Assembly: GCA_036338555.1 (NCBI GenBank)
Contig: JAYZBY010000136.1
Coordinates: 1 to 36,288 of the forward strand
Direction of reading: 5' to 3'
Source: Acidobacteriota bacterium
GTDB lineage: Bacteria > Acidobacteriota > UBA6911 > RPQK01 > JADFOI01
Length of the DNA stretch: 36,288 bases
Every line of letters starts with the position of its first letter. The stretch's first letter is position 1. Positions 1 through 7,793 of the stretch are shown piece after piece. The notes under the pieces are model-generated. The model ran no database searches, was not told where the DNA came from, and worked only from the letters and a program-made list of their open reading frames with translations. The position numbers and the translations under genes are program-made.

Positions 1-392
1 GTTGTATTGATCAGTGGAGCTTCCCCCGTGACGATGACCTCTTCTGAAATCTCACCCACGGCAAGGGTCAGGTCAACTAGTGCCTCCTGGCCGAGTCCAA
101 CCGTCAGTCCACGGCGGACAGCTGTCTGAAAGCCCTGAAGCTCTGCGCGGACTTCATAGGTTCCAAGGTCGAGTGCCAAGGCGTTGTACTCGCCTGCGTC
201 GCCAGTAACCAGACCACGGCTCTGCCCGGTGTCAACGTTGGTAACTGTTATTTCGGCTCCGGGCAAGACAGCTCCTGTGGAGTCCTGTACGGTACCGGCA
301 ATGCTTCCGGTTCGACTTTGACCATAAACCGAGGGTGTTGCCCAAATCAGAGCAACCAACACCAGACCTAAAATCAAATTTGTTTTTCGCAT
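1..392 (-). CDS. TonB-dependent receptor with carboxypeptidase-regulatory-like N-terminal domain, 5' part only (gene runs off the left edge)
   Basis: Open-ended, so absent from the ORF track. Minus-strand ATG at 392..390 has GAGGAG 8 nt upstream. My translation MRKTNLILGLVLVALIWATPSVYGQSRTGSIAGTVQDSTGAVLPGAEITVTNVDTGQSRGLVTGDAGEYNALALDLGTYEVRAELQGFQTAVRRGLTVGLGQEALVDLTLAVGEISEEVIVTGEAPLINT has no stop down to position 1. It parallels the N-terminus of the complete receptor at 14696..18151. Confidence 0.8.
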   Translation of the reverse strand, partial: MRKTNLILGLVLVALIWATPSVYGQSRTGSIAGTVQDSTGAVLPGAEITVTNVDTGQSRGLVTGDAGEYNALALDLGTYEVRAELQGFQTAVRRGLTVGLGQEALVDLTLAVGEISEEVIVTGEAPLINT

Positions 393-513
393 GGATTCTC
401 TCTCCTCAATAGTAGATTAATTTCCGCTTTTCACTCAGTACCCTTTCCCAAAGACCTGTGGGCCGAGTCTTTAAGCGTAACATCTATATACATGACATAC
501 GAACGTACAGTAA

Positions 514-529
514 AGCAAAAATGATGCCA
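514..529 (-). promoter_or_regulatory. candidate sigma-54 (-24/-12) promoter for the partial TonB-dependent receptor
   Basis: The minus strand reads TGGCATCATTTTTGCT, which fits TGGCAC-N5-TTGCW with exact GG-N10-GC spacing. It lies about 120 nt upstream of the ATG at 392. Confidence 0.5.
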
Positions 530-589
530 GGAGTCAATCTTGGGGTGGTGTCATCACTGACTCCAATAGGGTGTGGTTTCAGCTGGAAT

Positions 590-630
590 GGATTCAAGAA
601 TTTGGATTGTTGATCCAGGAATTTGAATCG
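590..630. promoter_or_regulatory. two tandem ~20-bp direct repeats, possible upstream activator site for the sigma-54 promoter
   Basis: ggattcaagaatttggattg (590..609) and tgatccaggaatttgaatcg (611..630) match at about 15 of 20 positions. They sit 60-115 nt upstream of the -24 element on the receptor's coding strand. Confidence 0.25.
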
Positions 631-741
631 GAAGGGGCTGCCCTCCACGACCAAGGATAGCAAGATATTTACCACCAAGGCACAAAGACACAAAGAAGAC
701 TAGCTCAGTCGTTCCTTCGGAGCGATGTCTAACAGGCTCCA

Positions 742-768
742 GTAGGGGCGCACGGCGGCCGTGCGCCC
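742..768 (+). repeat. REP-like element, class A (GTAG head + GGGCGCAC...GTGCGCCC palindrome)
   Basis: The sequence gtaggggcgcacggcggccgtgcgccc recurs at 12043, 20177, 30321 and, inverted, at 30371. Confidence 0.8.
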
Positions 769-800
769 ACGGCAAGGCCGTACCAATGGCCTTCCAGAAG

Positions 801-858
801 GCGGGGAGTATTCCAGGGTGCCGCGATTCCGGAGGCCGCTCATAGAGCGGCCGCTACA
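801..858 (-). repeat. REP-like element, class B long form (GTAGCGGCCGCTC-loop-GAGCGGCC + CCGGAATCG tail)
   Basis: The minus strand reads tgtagcggccgctctatgagcggcctccggaatcgcggcaccctgg... It contains a NotI site (GCGGCCGC). The same element recurs at 14261, 21328, 28468 and 30411. Confidence 0.8.
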
Positions 859-1096
859 ATACCGTGCCGACTGATCGGGGGGCACGACGGTACGCCCTCT
901 TGATGGCCATGGCCGGGTAAACGTTTCCGGGGGTGTTGAGGGTGACCGTTCGGTCGTCCATGCTGACGACTTTTCCGTTTTTCAGAATCATGTCGGCATA
1001 GCTCTGCTGGGCCACCAGAACGGGCAGTTGCTGAGAAAGAACATAAATCTGGATCAAACCCACCACCAGCAAGGGCGTCACTAATCTTTTTCTCAT
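854..1096 (-). pseudogene. truncated N-terminal relic (about 66 homologous codons) of a group-I exported amidohydrolase
   Basis: ATG at 1096..1094 has GGGAGG upstream. MRKRLVTPLLVVGLIQIYVLSQQLPVLVAQQSYADMILKNGKVVSMDDRTVTLNTPGNVYPAMAIK aligns with the N-termini of 3855..5714, 9442..11316 and 18324..20180. Homology stops near nt 898 and the frame runs into the REP at 834..858 and terminates. The upstream extension to 1165 in the ORF track lacks support. Confidence 0.7.
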
Positions 1097-1182
1097 AAAT
1101 CCTCCCGCAAAGGGATTTTCAAATGATGTCACCTCGAAATCACTAAAATAAACACCTTCGGCCAAGCTAGAATGAATGTGAT

Positions 1183-1740
1183 GTGAGTAGAACGATTCGA
1201 GAATATGTGCTGCTGATCATCCTGGCAATGCAGGGCACCGGTGTTTTTGCCGCGCAGTTACCTGCATCGGAGGCTGTTCCAAACCAGGTCCTTTTGAATA
1301 ATCTGGTGGCTACGGCCGGCCAGGAGGTGACGCTCCATCTGCGCTTTGAAACCCAAACGGAGGTGAAAATCAACCGGCTCAAGCTGGAGATCGTTTTGCC
1401 GATGCCCCAGTTGAGTCTGGTCCGGGTTGAGCGTCCCTATCCGGTGGAAAAGGTGGAAGGGAAAATCTCGGTCCAGGAGATGGAATCAGGCCGGATTCAG
1501 CTGGAGATCGCGTTGCCCGAAAACAGCCTAGAAGCTCTTTCTGAAGAAGCGGTTGCCTTTCTGGTCATCCAGGTTGCCGGGAATGTCGAAGCTCTGCCGC
1601 TGACGATAGGAGTGGAGAACGTCGAGATGAGGGATCTCCAAGGTCGATTTTTGGAGGAAATTCAGGATTCCCAAGCACGAATCAACGTGGTCAGCGAGGC
1701 GCTGTATCCGTTGATCGCGTGCTTTTTTTACCTGCACTGA
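1183..1740 (+). CDS. hypothetical secreted protein, possibly a cohesin-like beta-sandwich (tentative)
   Basis: 185-aa ORF with a hydrophobic N-terminus (YVLLIILAMQGTGVFAAQ). The alternating beta-strand pattern (VTLHLRF, LKLEIVLP, IQLEIAL, FLVIQVAG) resembles cohesin-type domains. It has a GTG start without a clear SD, so the start is uncertain. Confidence 0.45.
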   Translation: MSRTIREYVLLIILAMQGTGVFAAQLPASEAVPNQVLLNNLVATAGQEVTLHLRFETQTEVKINRLKLEIVLPMPQLSLVRVERPYPVEKVEGKISVQEMESGRIQLEIALPENSLEALSEEAVAFLVIQVAGNVEALPLTIGVENVEMRDLQGRFLEEIQDSQARINVVSEALYPLIACFFYLH

Positions 1741-1793
1741 GTAGCGCGAGTCTTCGACCCGCGCGTTCCATGTAGGAATGTCTACGACCGCCT

Positions 1794-1809
1794 TGTAGCG
1801 GCCGCTACA
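1794..1809. repeat. REP-like element, class B short form (perfect 16-bp palindrome TGTAGCGGCCGCTACA)
   Basis: Self-complementary 16-mer containing a NotI site. An identical copy lies at 12088..12103. Confidence 0.85.
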
Positions 1810-1842
1810 CAATCTAGCCAGCGTGCCGAGGGGTTTCTTTTC

Positions 1843-1884
1843 GTGGAACGTGGAACCTGGAACGCGCAGACTAAAAGTCTGCGC
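1843..1884 (+). repeat. GTGGAAC heptamer triplet followed by an 8-bp-stem hairpin
   Basis: gtggaac gtggaac ctggaac occupies 1843..1863. It is followed by gcgcagac-taaaa-gtctgcgc (1864..1884), which overlaps the stop codon of 1871..3718. A near-identical inverted copy lies at 35802..35842. Confidence 0.8.
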
Positions 1885-3718
1885 TCCGGTAGATCACCTT
1901 GCCGCCGACCAGGGTCATTAAATTTTTGATCTTCTTGATGTCCATTTCGGGGATGGTGAAGTAGTCTCGATCCAGGACGATCAGGTCGGCCAGTTTTCCC
2001 TTCTCCAACGATCCCAGATCGTTTTCCCGGAGCACCGACTCGGCGGCCCAGGTGGTCCAGCCGCGTAGGGCACTGATCCGATCCAGTTTCTCCTCCGGCA
2101 CCCAGATTTCGCCGTCCCATTCTCGGGTGACATAAAAGGCGAACAGCGGCCAGAAGCCGTACCAGGGCCAGGCACCCAGTGCACTCTCCTTGGGCACCTC
2201 CGCCAGATGGGCATCGGTGGCTAGAGTGAATCTTGCGCCAGCCTCCAACATGCTTTTGGTGGGCGTGAACCACTTCATGTACTGGTCACCGTAAACATCG
2301 GTGAATTGAGCGATCCTGCGGGCCATGCCGGTGGCCTGCATGTTCATCCACAGTCCGTAGTGAGCCAGCTTGGGAATCTGATCGGGCCGGATCAGCAGGG
2401 GATGATCGAAGAAGTGCCGCTTCTCGCGGATCTGCTCGATCGTCCATCCGTCCTCGGCCATCAACTGGTCCATCATCTGAAACAGGATGTCGGTGGTGCC
2501 ATCCTGGGTGGCGTGAACATCGGCCAGTCTCAACCCCGCCTTTAGGGCAGCCAGGTGTCCGTCATAACGGAAGGTCCCGGGCTTGTGTCCCGGACACTGC
2601 TCCACCTGCTCCAGCTGGGCTCGCAGTGCCGGATCCTCCGGTACTGCCTGGCTGCAGGGGCTGGTGTCCCAGCCTTCTTCTCCCACCCCGCTGTTCCAGA
2701 AGTAATCGCTTCCCTGGCCGCCAAAATCACCCAGAAGGGTATAGAACTCGGCCGGATCGGCGGCCAGCGAGTAGGCGCTGCGATGGATCCAGGCCCAGCG
2801 GATGGGCATCTCGTCTCTTTTGTCCAGCAGGTTGAGGGCCTTGATCACCTCCAGCGGCTCGATGTGGGTCTGTACGGTGGTGAGGCCGAAGGAGGCATTC
2901 TCCTCCAGTTCCTTCTTGAGCATGGCCGCCACTTCTTCGGTTCGGTTGCGCAGGATGATGTCGTAGACCAGAAAGTACCAGACTCGAAGGCCCACCGGTT
3001 TCAAGGTGTCGATGTCGCGGCCGATGGCGTCGCTGATGATCTGCCGGGCCTGGCTGTTGTAGATGCCGGAGGCCAGACTGCCGCTGACCACCACCGGGTT
3101 CCGGGGTGCGATTCGGTCAAGATCGGCCGTGTTCACCATCCGTTTCCCGATCACTGGTGACTGGTCGCCCGCCGAGATGGCTCCATCCTGCATGGGAAGA
3201 TTGACGATGACCCAGTTGTCGGGCCCCAGCTCAGCTGCTCGTCTTCGGATGACCTCGCCAATTTTCTCGACTATGGCACTTCGGGGCAGGTCGTCCAGTT
3301 CGCTCTCGTGTAGCCCCAGAACCGGCGTCACCTTGAGCTGCATGTCGGGGGTGAAATCGGGATCGCTGCCGAAATGGTTGTACAGCCACAAATGAGGATG
3401 GGTGTGGCTGTCGATGATTCCTGGAAGGACCGTCCTTCCCTTCACATCGATGATCTCGGTTTGGGGTCCCGCCAGTTCCCGGATCTCCTGACTGCTTCCG
3501 AGCGCCAGGATCCTGCGGCCCCGAACGGCCAGCGCTTCAACCGTGGTCAACTGGTTGTCCATGACGGCGATCTTGCCGTTGATCACGATCACATCCGGAT
3601 AGGCCTCCAATCTAACCAACAGGTCGGAGACGTCCTGCCCGGAAGCTGTCCCCGGTGTCAGAAAATAAATAATTCCAAGAATCAGCCCGGCTTGGAAGAG
3701 CAACAGTCGTTTTAACAT
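1871..3718 (-). CDS. exported amidohydrolase family protein (Amidohydro_3/COG1574-like), group III
   Basis: 615 aa with an N-terminal signal peptide. It has the motif PDVIVINGKIAVMD...ALAVRGRRILALGS, the HxH metal motif PGIIDSHTHPH, and the C-terminal motif GSLEKGKLADLIVLDRDYFTIP...TLVGGKVIY typical of this family. Confidence 0.85.
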   Translation of the reverse strand: MLKRLLLFQAGLILGIIYFLTPGTASGQDVSDLLVRLEAYPDVIVINGKIAVMDNQLTTVEALAVRGRRILALGSSQEIRELAGPQTEIIDVKGRTVLPGIIDSHTHPHLWLYNHFGSDPDFTPDMQLKVTPVLGLHESELDDLPRSAIVEKIGEVIRRRAAELGPDNWVIVNLPMQDGAISAGDQSPVIGKRMVNTADLDRIAPRNPVVVSGSLASGIYNSQARQIISDAIGRDIDTLKPVGLRVWYFLVYDIILRNRTEEVAAMLKKELEENASFGLTTVQTHIEPLEVIKALNLLDKRDEMPIRWAWIHRSAYSLAADPAEFYTLLGDFGGQGSDYFWNSGVGEEGWDTSPCSQAVPEDPALRAQLEQVEQCPGHKPGTFRYDGHLAALKAGLRLADVHATQDGTTDILFQMMDQLMAEDGWTIEQIREKRHFFDHPLLIRPDQIPKLAHYGLWMNMQATGMARRIAQFTDVYGDQYMKWFTPTKSMLEAGARFTLATDAHLAEVPKESALGAWPWYGFWPLFAFYVTREWDGEIWVPEEKLDRISALRGWTTWAAESVLRENDLGSLEKGKLADLIVLDRDYFTIPEMDIKKIKNLMTLVGGKVIYRSADF

Positions 3719-3740
3719 GATTGAACCTTTCTGCTTGAGT

Positions 3741-3813
3741 TGTAGTGGCCGCTTCCATGGGCGGCTGTCTTGAGTCTATCGGTCGGGCCGCTCGATGAAG
3801 CGGCCGCTACACA
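3741..3813. repeat. inverted doublet of class B REP-like elements (REPIN-like)
   Basis: tgtagtggccgcttccatgggcggc (3741..) faces gggccgctcgatgaagcggccgctaca (..3811). The GTAG heads point outward, and the doublet sits between two tandem amidohydrolase genes. Confidence 0.75.
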
Positions 3814-3854
3814 ACCGAGCTAACGACCCGTTCAGTTGGAACCCTAACACCCAA

Positions 3855-5714
3855 CTAATTTGCCCCGGCGGCCAGGCCTGCCGAGTCGTGAACGATCTTG
3901 CCGCTGAGACCGGTCATGATGACTTTCATATCTGGAATTTCCTCCACCGGGACAGTGAAAAAATCCTTCTCCAAAACCGCGAAATCCGCGAACTTGCCCG
4001 GTTCCAGCGTGCCCACGGTTTTCTCGGCCAGCATATACTCAGAGGCCCAGGTGGTGGCCATCTTCAAGGCCGTGACCCGGTCAATGCCCTCTTCCGGGAG
4101 AAACTCATGCCACTGATCGGTCCCCTGCTTCTGAATGCGTCGCGTCATGAGGGTGTAAATGGGGGTCCAGAAGTCTGGACCGGTGGCTTCGAAGGTCACT
4201 CGGTGCCCATCGTTGATCCAGGTCTTGACCGGCATCGTGAACGATTCCACCTTTTCACCATAGGCTTCCAGAACATCGGGCACCCGGGCCAGATGACTGG
4301 GGGTGACGTTGATGATGATTCCATATTTTTTGATGCCGGCCATCACGTCGGGAACATTGCCCAGCAGGAAGGCGTGCTCCATGGTGGTGCGCAGACTTTT
4401 AATGTACTCGACCGAGAGGTTCCCCTCTGCCATCGCCTCTTCCAGCATCTCGATGTAAAGGCGGGCACCGTGACTGGAGGTACCGTGGGCCTGAACCGGG
4501 CGCCATCCGCTCAGGATGGCGGCCTTGTATGATTCCCACGGTTTGCTTCCCGGGGCGGGACACCGCTCACGTGACTTGATCTCGGCGGGGGCTAAGACGT
4601 CGTCACCCAGACACACCTCGTTGTAGATGGAATCCCAGATCTCGTTGCACATGCCGTTGAGCCAAAGCATCTCTCCGCCGTTGACGTGATCGGACCAGGG
4701 AGCGCCCGAGGCCTTGTAGAACTCGCGGGTGAAGCGAAGTCCGAAGTGGCGTCCCCGCTGCGATTCGATATAGTAAGCCAGCCGGTGAGGCATCTGGCTT
4801 TGGCGGTTCAGCTGGTTGTAGGCGGCCACGATCCGGGGGGCTACGATTCGGGTGGCCACGGTGGTGATGCCCAGTTTCTGCAGATCCATCCCAAACAAAC
4901 GCAGCGTCTCGGACAACTTCTCGAGCGGCTCGTCTTTCCACCAGAACTCCCAGCTGAGGGCATCCATGCCGGGGACGCCCACATAACCGTCCAGCGCCGA
5001 GTTGGGTCCGTTTTCCAGGTCGACGCTCTCGTTGAAATCAGGGAAGAGCTCGATGAAGGCATCCATGGCGGTTTCGTTAAAGAGCGGGTGAGTCCCTCCC
5101 GTTTTCACGGCCACCGGGTTGTCAGGCGTAGCGCTGTCCCATTGCCTGCGGTTGAGGTTGCCCTTGTAGACCCAGGTGAAGGTGGTGCCGACGGCATTGT
5201 TCTCATTCTCCAGCAGGCTGACCGTGATCCATTGTCCCTTGGGGATGTTCTGCACCCGTATGGCGTTGACCAGGGAATCCCGTACCTTCCCGGCCGTTGC
5301 TTCGGCGGTGGTCTCGGCCGTGACGGTCAACTTGATGCTGGGGTCGACCAGTCCCTGGCCCGGGCCGTACTGGCGGGCCGCGTTGCCGTAAAGGTGAAAG
5401 TGGGTGGCCACCAGTCCGGGAATCACGGTTTTGTTACCCAGGTCGACGAAGCGGGTCTCGGGTCCCGACAGTCTTCTCATCTGGGCATTGCTTCCCAGGG
5501 CCATGATTCGCTTTCCCTTGATGGCCATGGCTTCAACGATATTCCCAGGGGTGTTGGGAAGGCTGCTTCGATCGTCCAGGGTGGCAATCTTTCCGCTGGT
5601 TAAAACCAGGTCGGCATAGCCTTGCCGAGCCACCAGCAGGGGCAGTTCCTGAGCCCATGCCATCGCCGAGTTGTACAGGATGATAAGAGTAAAGGTCAAA
5701 ACGGTGCGCCTCAT
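3855..5714 (-). CDS. exported amidohydrolase family protein, group I
   Basis: The start is set at the ATG 5714..5712 (MRRTVLTF...), which has GGAGG 5 nt upstream; the ORF track begins 6 codons earlier. It has a signal peptide, QELPLLVARQGYADLVLTSGKIATLDD, HxH (ATHFH), and the C-terminal GTLEPGKFADFAVLEKDFFTVP. It is a close paralog of 9442..11316 and 18324..20180. Confidence 0.85.
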   Translation of the reverse strand: MRRTVLTFTLIILYNSAMAWAQELPLLVARQGYADLVLTSGKIATLDDRSSLPNTPGNIVEAMAIKGKRIMALGSNAQMRRLSGPETRFVDLGNKTVIPGLVATHFHLYGNAARQYGPGQGLVDPSIKLTVTAETTAEATAGKVRDSLVNAIRVQNIPKGQWITVSLLENENNAVGTTFTWVYKGNLNRRQWDSATPDNPVAVKTGGTHPLFNETAMDAFIELFPDFNESVDLENGPNSALDGYVGVPGMDALSWEFWWKDEPLEKLSETLRLFGMDLQKLGITTVATRIVAPRIVAAYNQLNRQSQMPHRLAYYIESQRGRHFGLRFTREFYKASGAPWSDHVNGGEMLWLNGMCNEIWDSIYNEVCLGDDVLAPAEIKSRERCPAPGSKPWESYKAAILSGWRPVQAHGTSSHGARLYIEMLEEAMAEGNLSVEYIKSLRTTMEHAFLLGNVPDVMAGIKKYGIIINVTPSHLARVPDVLEAYGEKVESFTMPVKTWINDGHRVTFEATGPDFWTPIYTLMTRRIQKQGTDQWHEFLPEEGIDRVTALKMATTWASEYMLAEKTVGTLEPGKFADFAVLEKDFFTVPVEEIPDMKVIMTGLSGKIVHDSAGLAAGAN

Positions 5715-5973
5715 AGTTTCCTCCAAGATCAAGCTTTAGGAGCTCCAGTAAACGTTCAGAGAAGTTTTTCGGAAATGGGGTATTGGCATTCCATCATCAG
5801 AAGAGCAGAAGACTGCCGTTTTGATCTCATTTTTAGGGTAGAAAGTCAAGTAGAAATGGCTTTTTCCGACCTTGGGCTTGTGCTATGATTCGCCCGCTGT
5901 CAGCCCTTTTAGGGTGGATGGACAATCAGCCTATACCTGCTAGGTAATCTTAACCTTACTGGGGGGATCAATC

Positions 5974-7743
5974 ATGAAAGTAACGAGAACGACGACGACC
6001 AGTATGACAGTCCTCCTATTTTTGTTGGGTCTGAGCGGTTGTGCCTCCAGTGTGCCCGAGGGACTGGCACCCGACATGGTCTTGCACAATGGCAAGATCG
6101 TCACCGTGGATGAGAGTTTTTCCATTGCTCAGGCCGTGGCCATTCAAGATGGGCGTCTGATTGCCGTCGGGTCCGACAGCGATGTCCTGGCCCTGGTCGG
6201 CGCAGGGACCGAGGTGATGGATCTGGAAGGGAAGACCGTTTTACCCGGCCTTCATGATTCCCATCTTCACCTGGCCTGGCCGGTGGGTGAGGCTCCCAAT
6301 CCGGCCATCCCCGAACTGGCGGCGGCTCGATCGATTGGAGAGATTGTCGAGATCGTGGGTCGCGAGGCGGAGGCCGCCGCGCCGGGCGAACTGGTGTGGA
6401 TTCCCTTCGGACCGGCCATCGTGGACATGATTGAAGAGAAACGCTGGCCCAACAAGTTCGATCTGGACCCGGTCTCCCCTGACAACCCGGTCGTGATCAC
6501 CTTTGCGGCGGACGGCGTGTATGTCGCCAACAGCATGGCCTTGGAGAAGGCCAACATCAACCGCCGGACTCCCCAGCCGCACCTCAGCGGCTTGATGGGA
6601 GAGTTTGAAATCGATGGCCGGACCGGCCAGTTGACCGGAGTCATGAAAGGACGTTCCGCGGCCCACCTGCTGCGGGAGCCGCTGGAAGTCTGGTCGACCG
6701 ACATCCTGGAGGAGAATATCGCCCGCGCCATTGAGGCTGACATCGTCCCCTACGGCATTACCAGCCTGGCCGACCCTGCCATGGCCAGCAACAATCAACC
6801 CATTCAACACGCCTTTCAGCGGGTGGCCCGGAGCAAGATCGGTGAGTGGGTTCGCCTTAATCTGATGATCCGGATTCCGGTGCGGGCCCTTTCGGCCGAG
6901 GAGTGCATTGACCTGATTCAAGGGCTTCTTTTTGAGCCGCCTCTCAAGAACGACTTCTTCCGGGTGGGAACTTTCAAGCTGAGTATGGATAAGGGATACC
7001 CCGGGGCCAAGCCCTATATCGTGCCCGAGGAGAAAGGGAAAAAGGTTCTCATCGAGGGACACAAGGCGGGATGGCAGCTCTACGTGCACATCACCACGCC
7101 GGAGACCTTTGACTATGTGAGTGAAGCTCTGGAGGAAGCCTACCGGCTCTACCCTCGAGAAGACGCCCGCCATATCTTCACCCATATCCACTACCCGACC
7201 CAGGCCAATGTCGACACCATGAAGCGGTTGGGGATCATTGCCGATTTACAGGTGACCCGCATCTACCATACGGCCGATGACGCCGAGGAGACGATCCATC
7301 AGGACCCCGATCGGCCTCACCTGGGCGACAAGCCCGTGGCTACCTACCGGGATGCCGGGATTTCGGTGATCCTGAGCAGCGACCAGGCGCCGGTGGGTCC
7401 CCTCTTCACCGTCTGGGAAGCGGTCAACCGGGTGCGCAAGTCCGGCAAGGTCTATCAGCCCGAAGAAAGCCTGACGCTGGAGCAGGCCATCCGGGCCATC
7501 ACCATCACTCCGGCCTGGGCTTTCTTTGAAGATGACATCAAGGGGTCTCTTGAGGTAGGGAAATGGGCTGATCTGGTAGTGCTGGGCCAGGATATTCTGA
7601 CGGTTGATCCGATGAAGATCAAAGACATTCCGGTACTCAGGACCATGACGGGTGGCAGGTTCGTCTATGTCAATCCCAACCAGGATCCCGATCAGGAGGT
7701 GAAGTACTATCGATATCCCCAGCGGACTTCTTACCTGGATTGA
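5974..7743 (+). CDS. amidohydrolase family lipoprotein, group II
   Basis: ATG has GGGGGGA 6 nt upstream. Lipobox is LLGLSGC. Other motifs are PDMVLHNGKIVTVDESFSIAQAVAIQDGRLIAVGS, HxH (DSHLH), and the C-terminal GSLEVGKWADLVVLGQDILTV. It ends in TGA (7741..7743). Confidence 0.85.
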   Translation: MKVTRTTTTSMTVLLFLLGLSGCASSVPEGLAPDMVLHNGKIVTVDESFSIAQAVAIQDGRLIAVGSDSDVLALVGAGTEVMDLEGKTVLPGLHDSHLHLAWPVGEAPNPAIPELAAARSIGEIVEIVGREAEAAAPGELVWIPFGPAIVDMIEEKRWPNKFDLDPVSPDNPVVITFAADGVYVANSMALEKANINRRTPQPHLSGLMGEFEIDGRTGQLTGVMKGRSAAHLLREPLEVWSTDILEENIARAIEADIVPYGITSLADPAMASNNQPIQHAFQRVARSKIGEWVRLNLMIRIPVRALSAEECIDLIQGLLFEPPLKNDFFRVGTFKLSMDKGYPGAKPYIVPEEKGKKVLIEGHKAGWQLYVHITTPETFDYVSEALEEAYRLYPREDARHIFTHIHYPTQANVDTMKRLGIIADLQVTRIYHTADDAEETIHQDPDRPHLGDKPVATYRDAGISVILSSDQAPVGPLFTVWEAVNRVRKSGKVYQPEESLTLEQAIRAITITPAWAFFEDDIKGSLEVGKWADLVVLGQDILTVDPMKIKDIPVLRTMTGGRFVYVNPNQDPDQEVKYYRYPQRTSYLD

Positions 7744-7793
7744 GATCGGATCAGGTTCGGAATTCATGAAGGATCGAAACGGAGGTACCGGCG

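Noticed and set aside
484-885. Small ORFs 484..693, 554..775, 700..885, and similar ones at 14146..14415, 14396..14620 and 14638..14874.
   Set aside because: They lie in promoter or leader regions, run across REP elements or the AT-rich receptor leader, and have no SD or recognisable domain.
1864-1884. Hairpin gcgcagac-taaaa-gtctgcgc as a rho-independent terminator of 1871..3718.
   Set aside because: It overlaps the stop codon and is not followed by a U-tract on the minus-strand transcript. It is better described as part of the heptamer-plus-hairpin element shared with 35802..35842.
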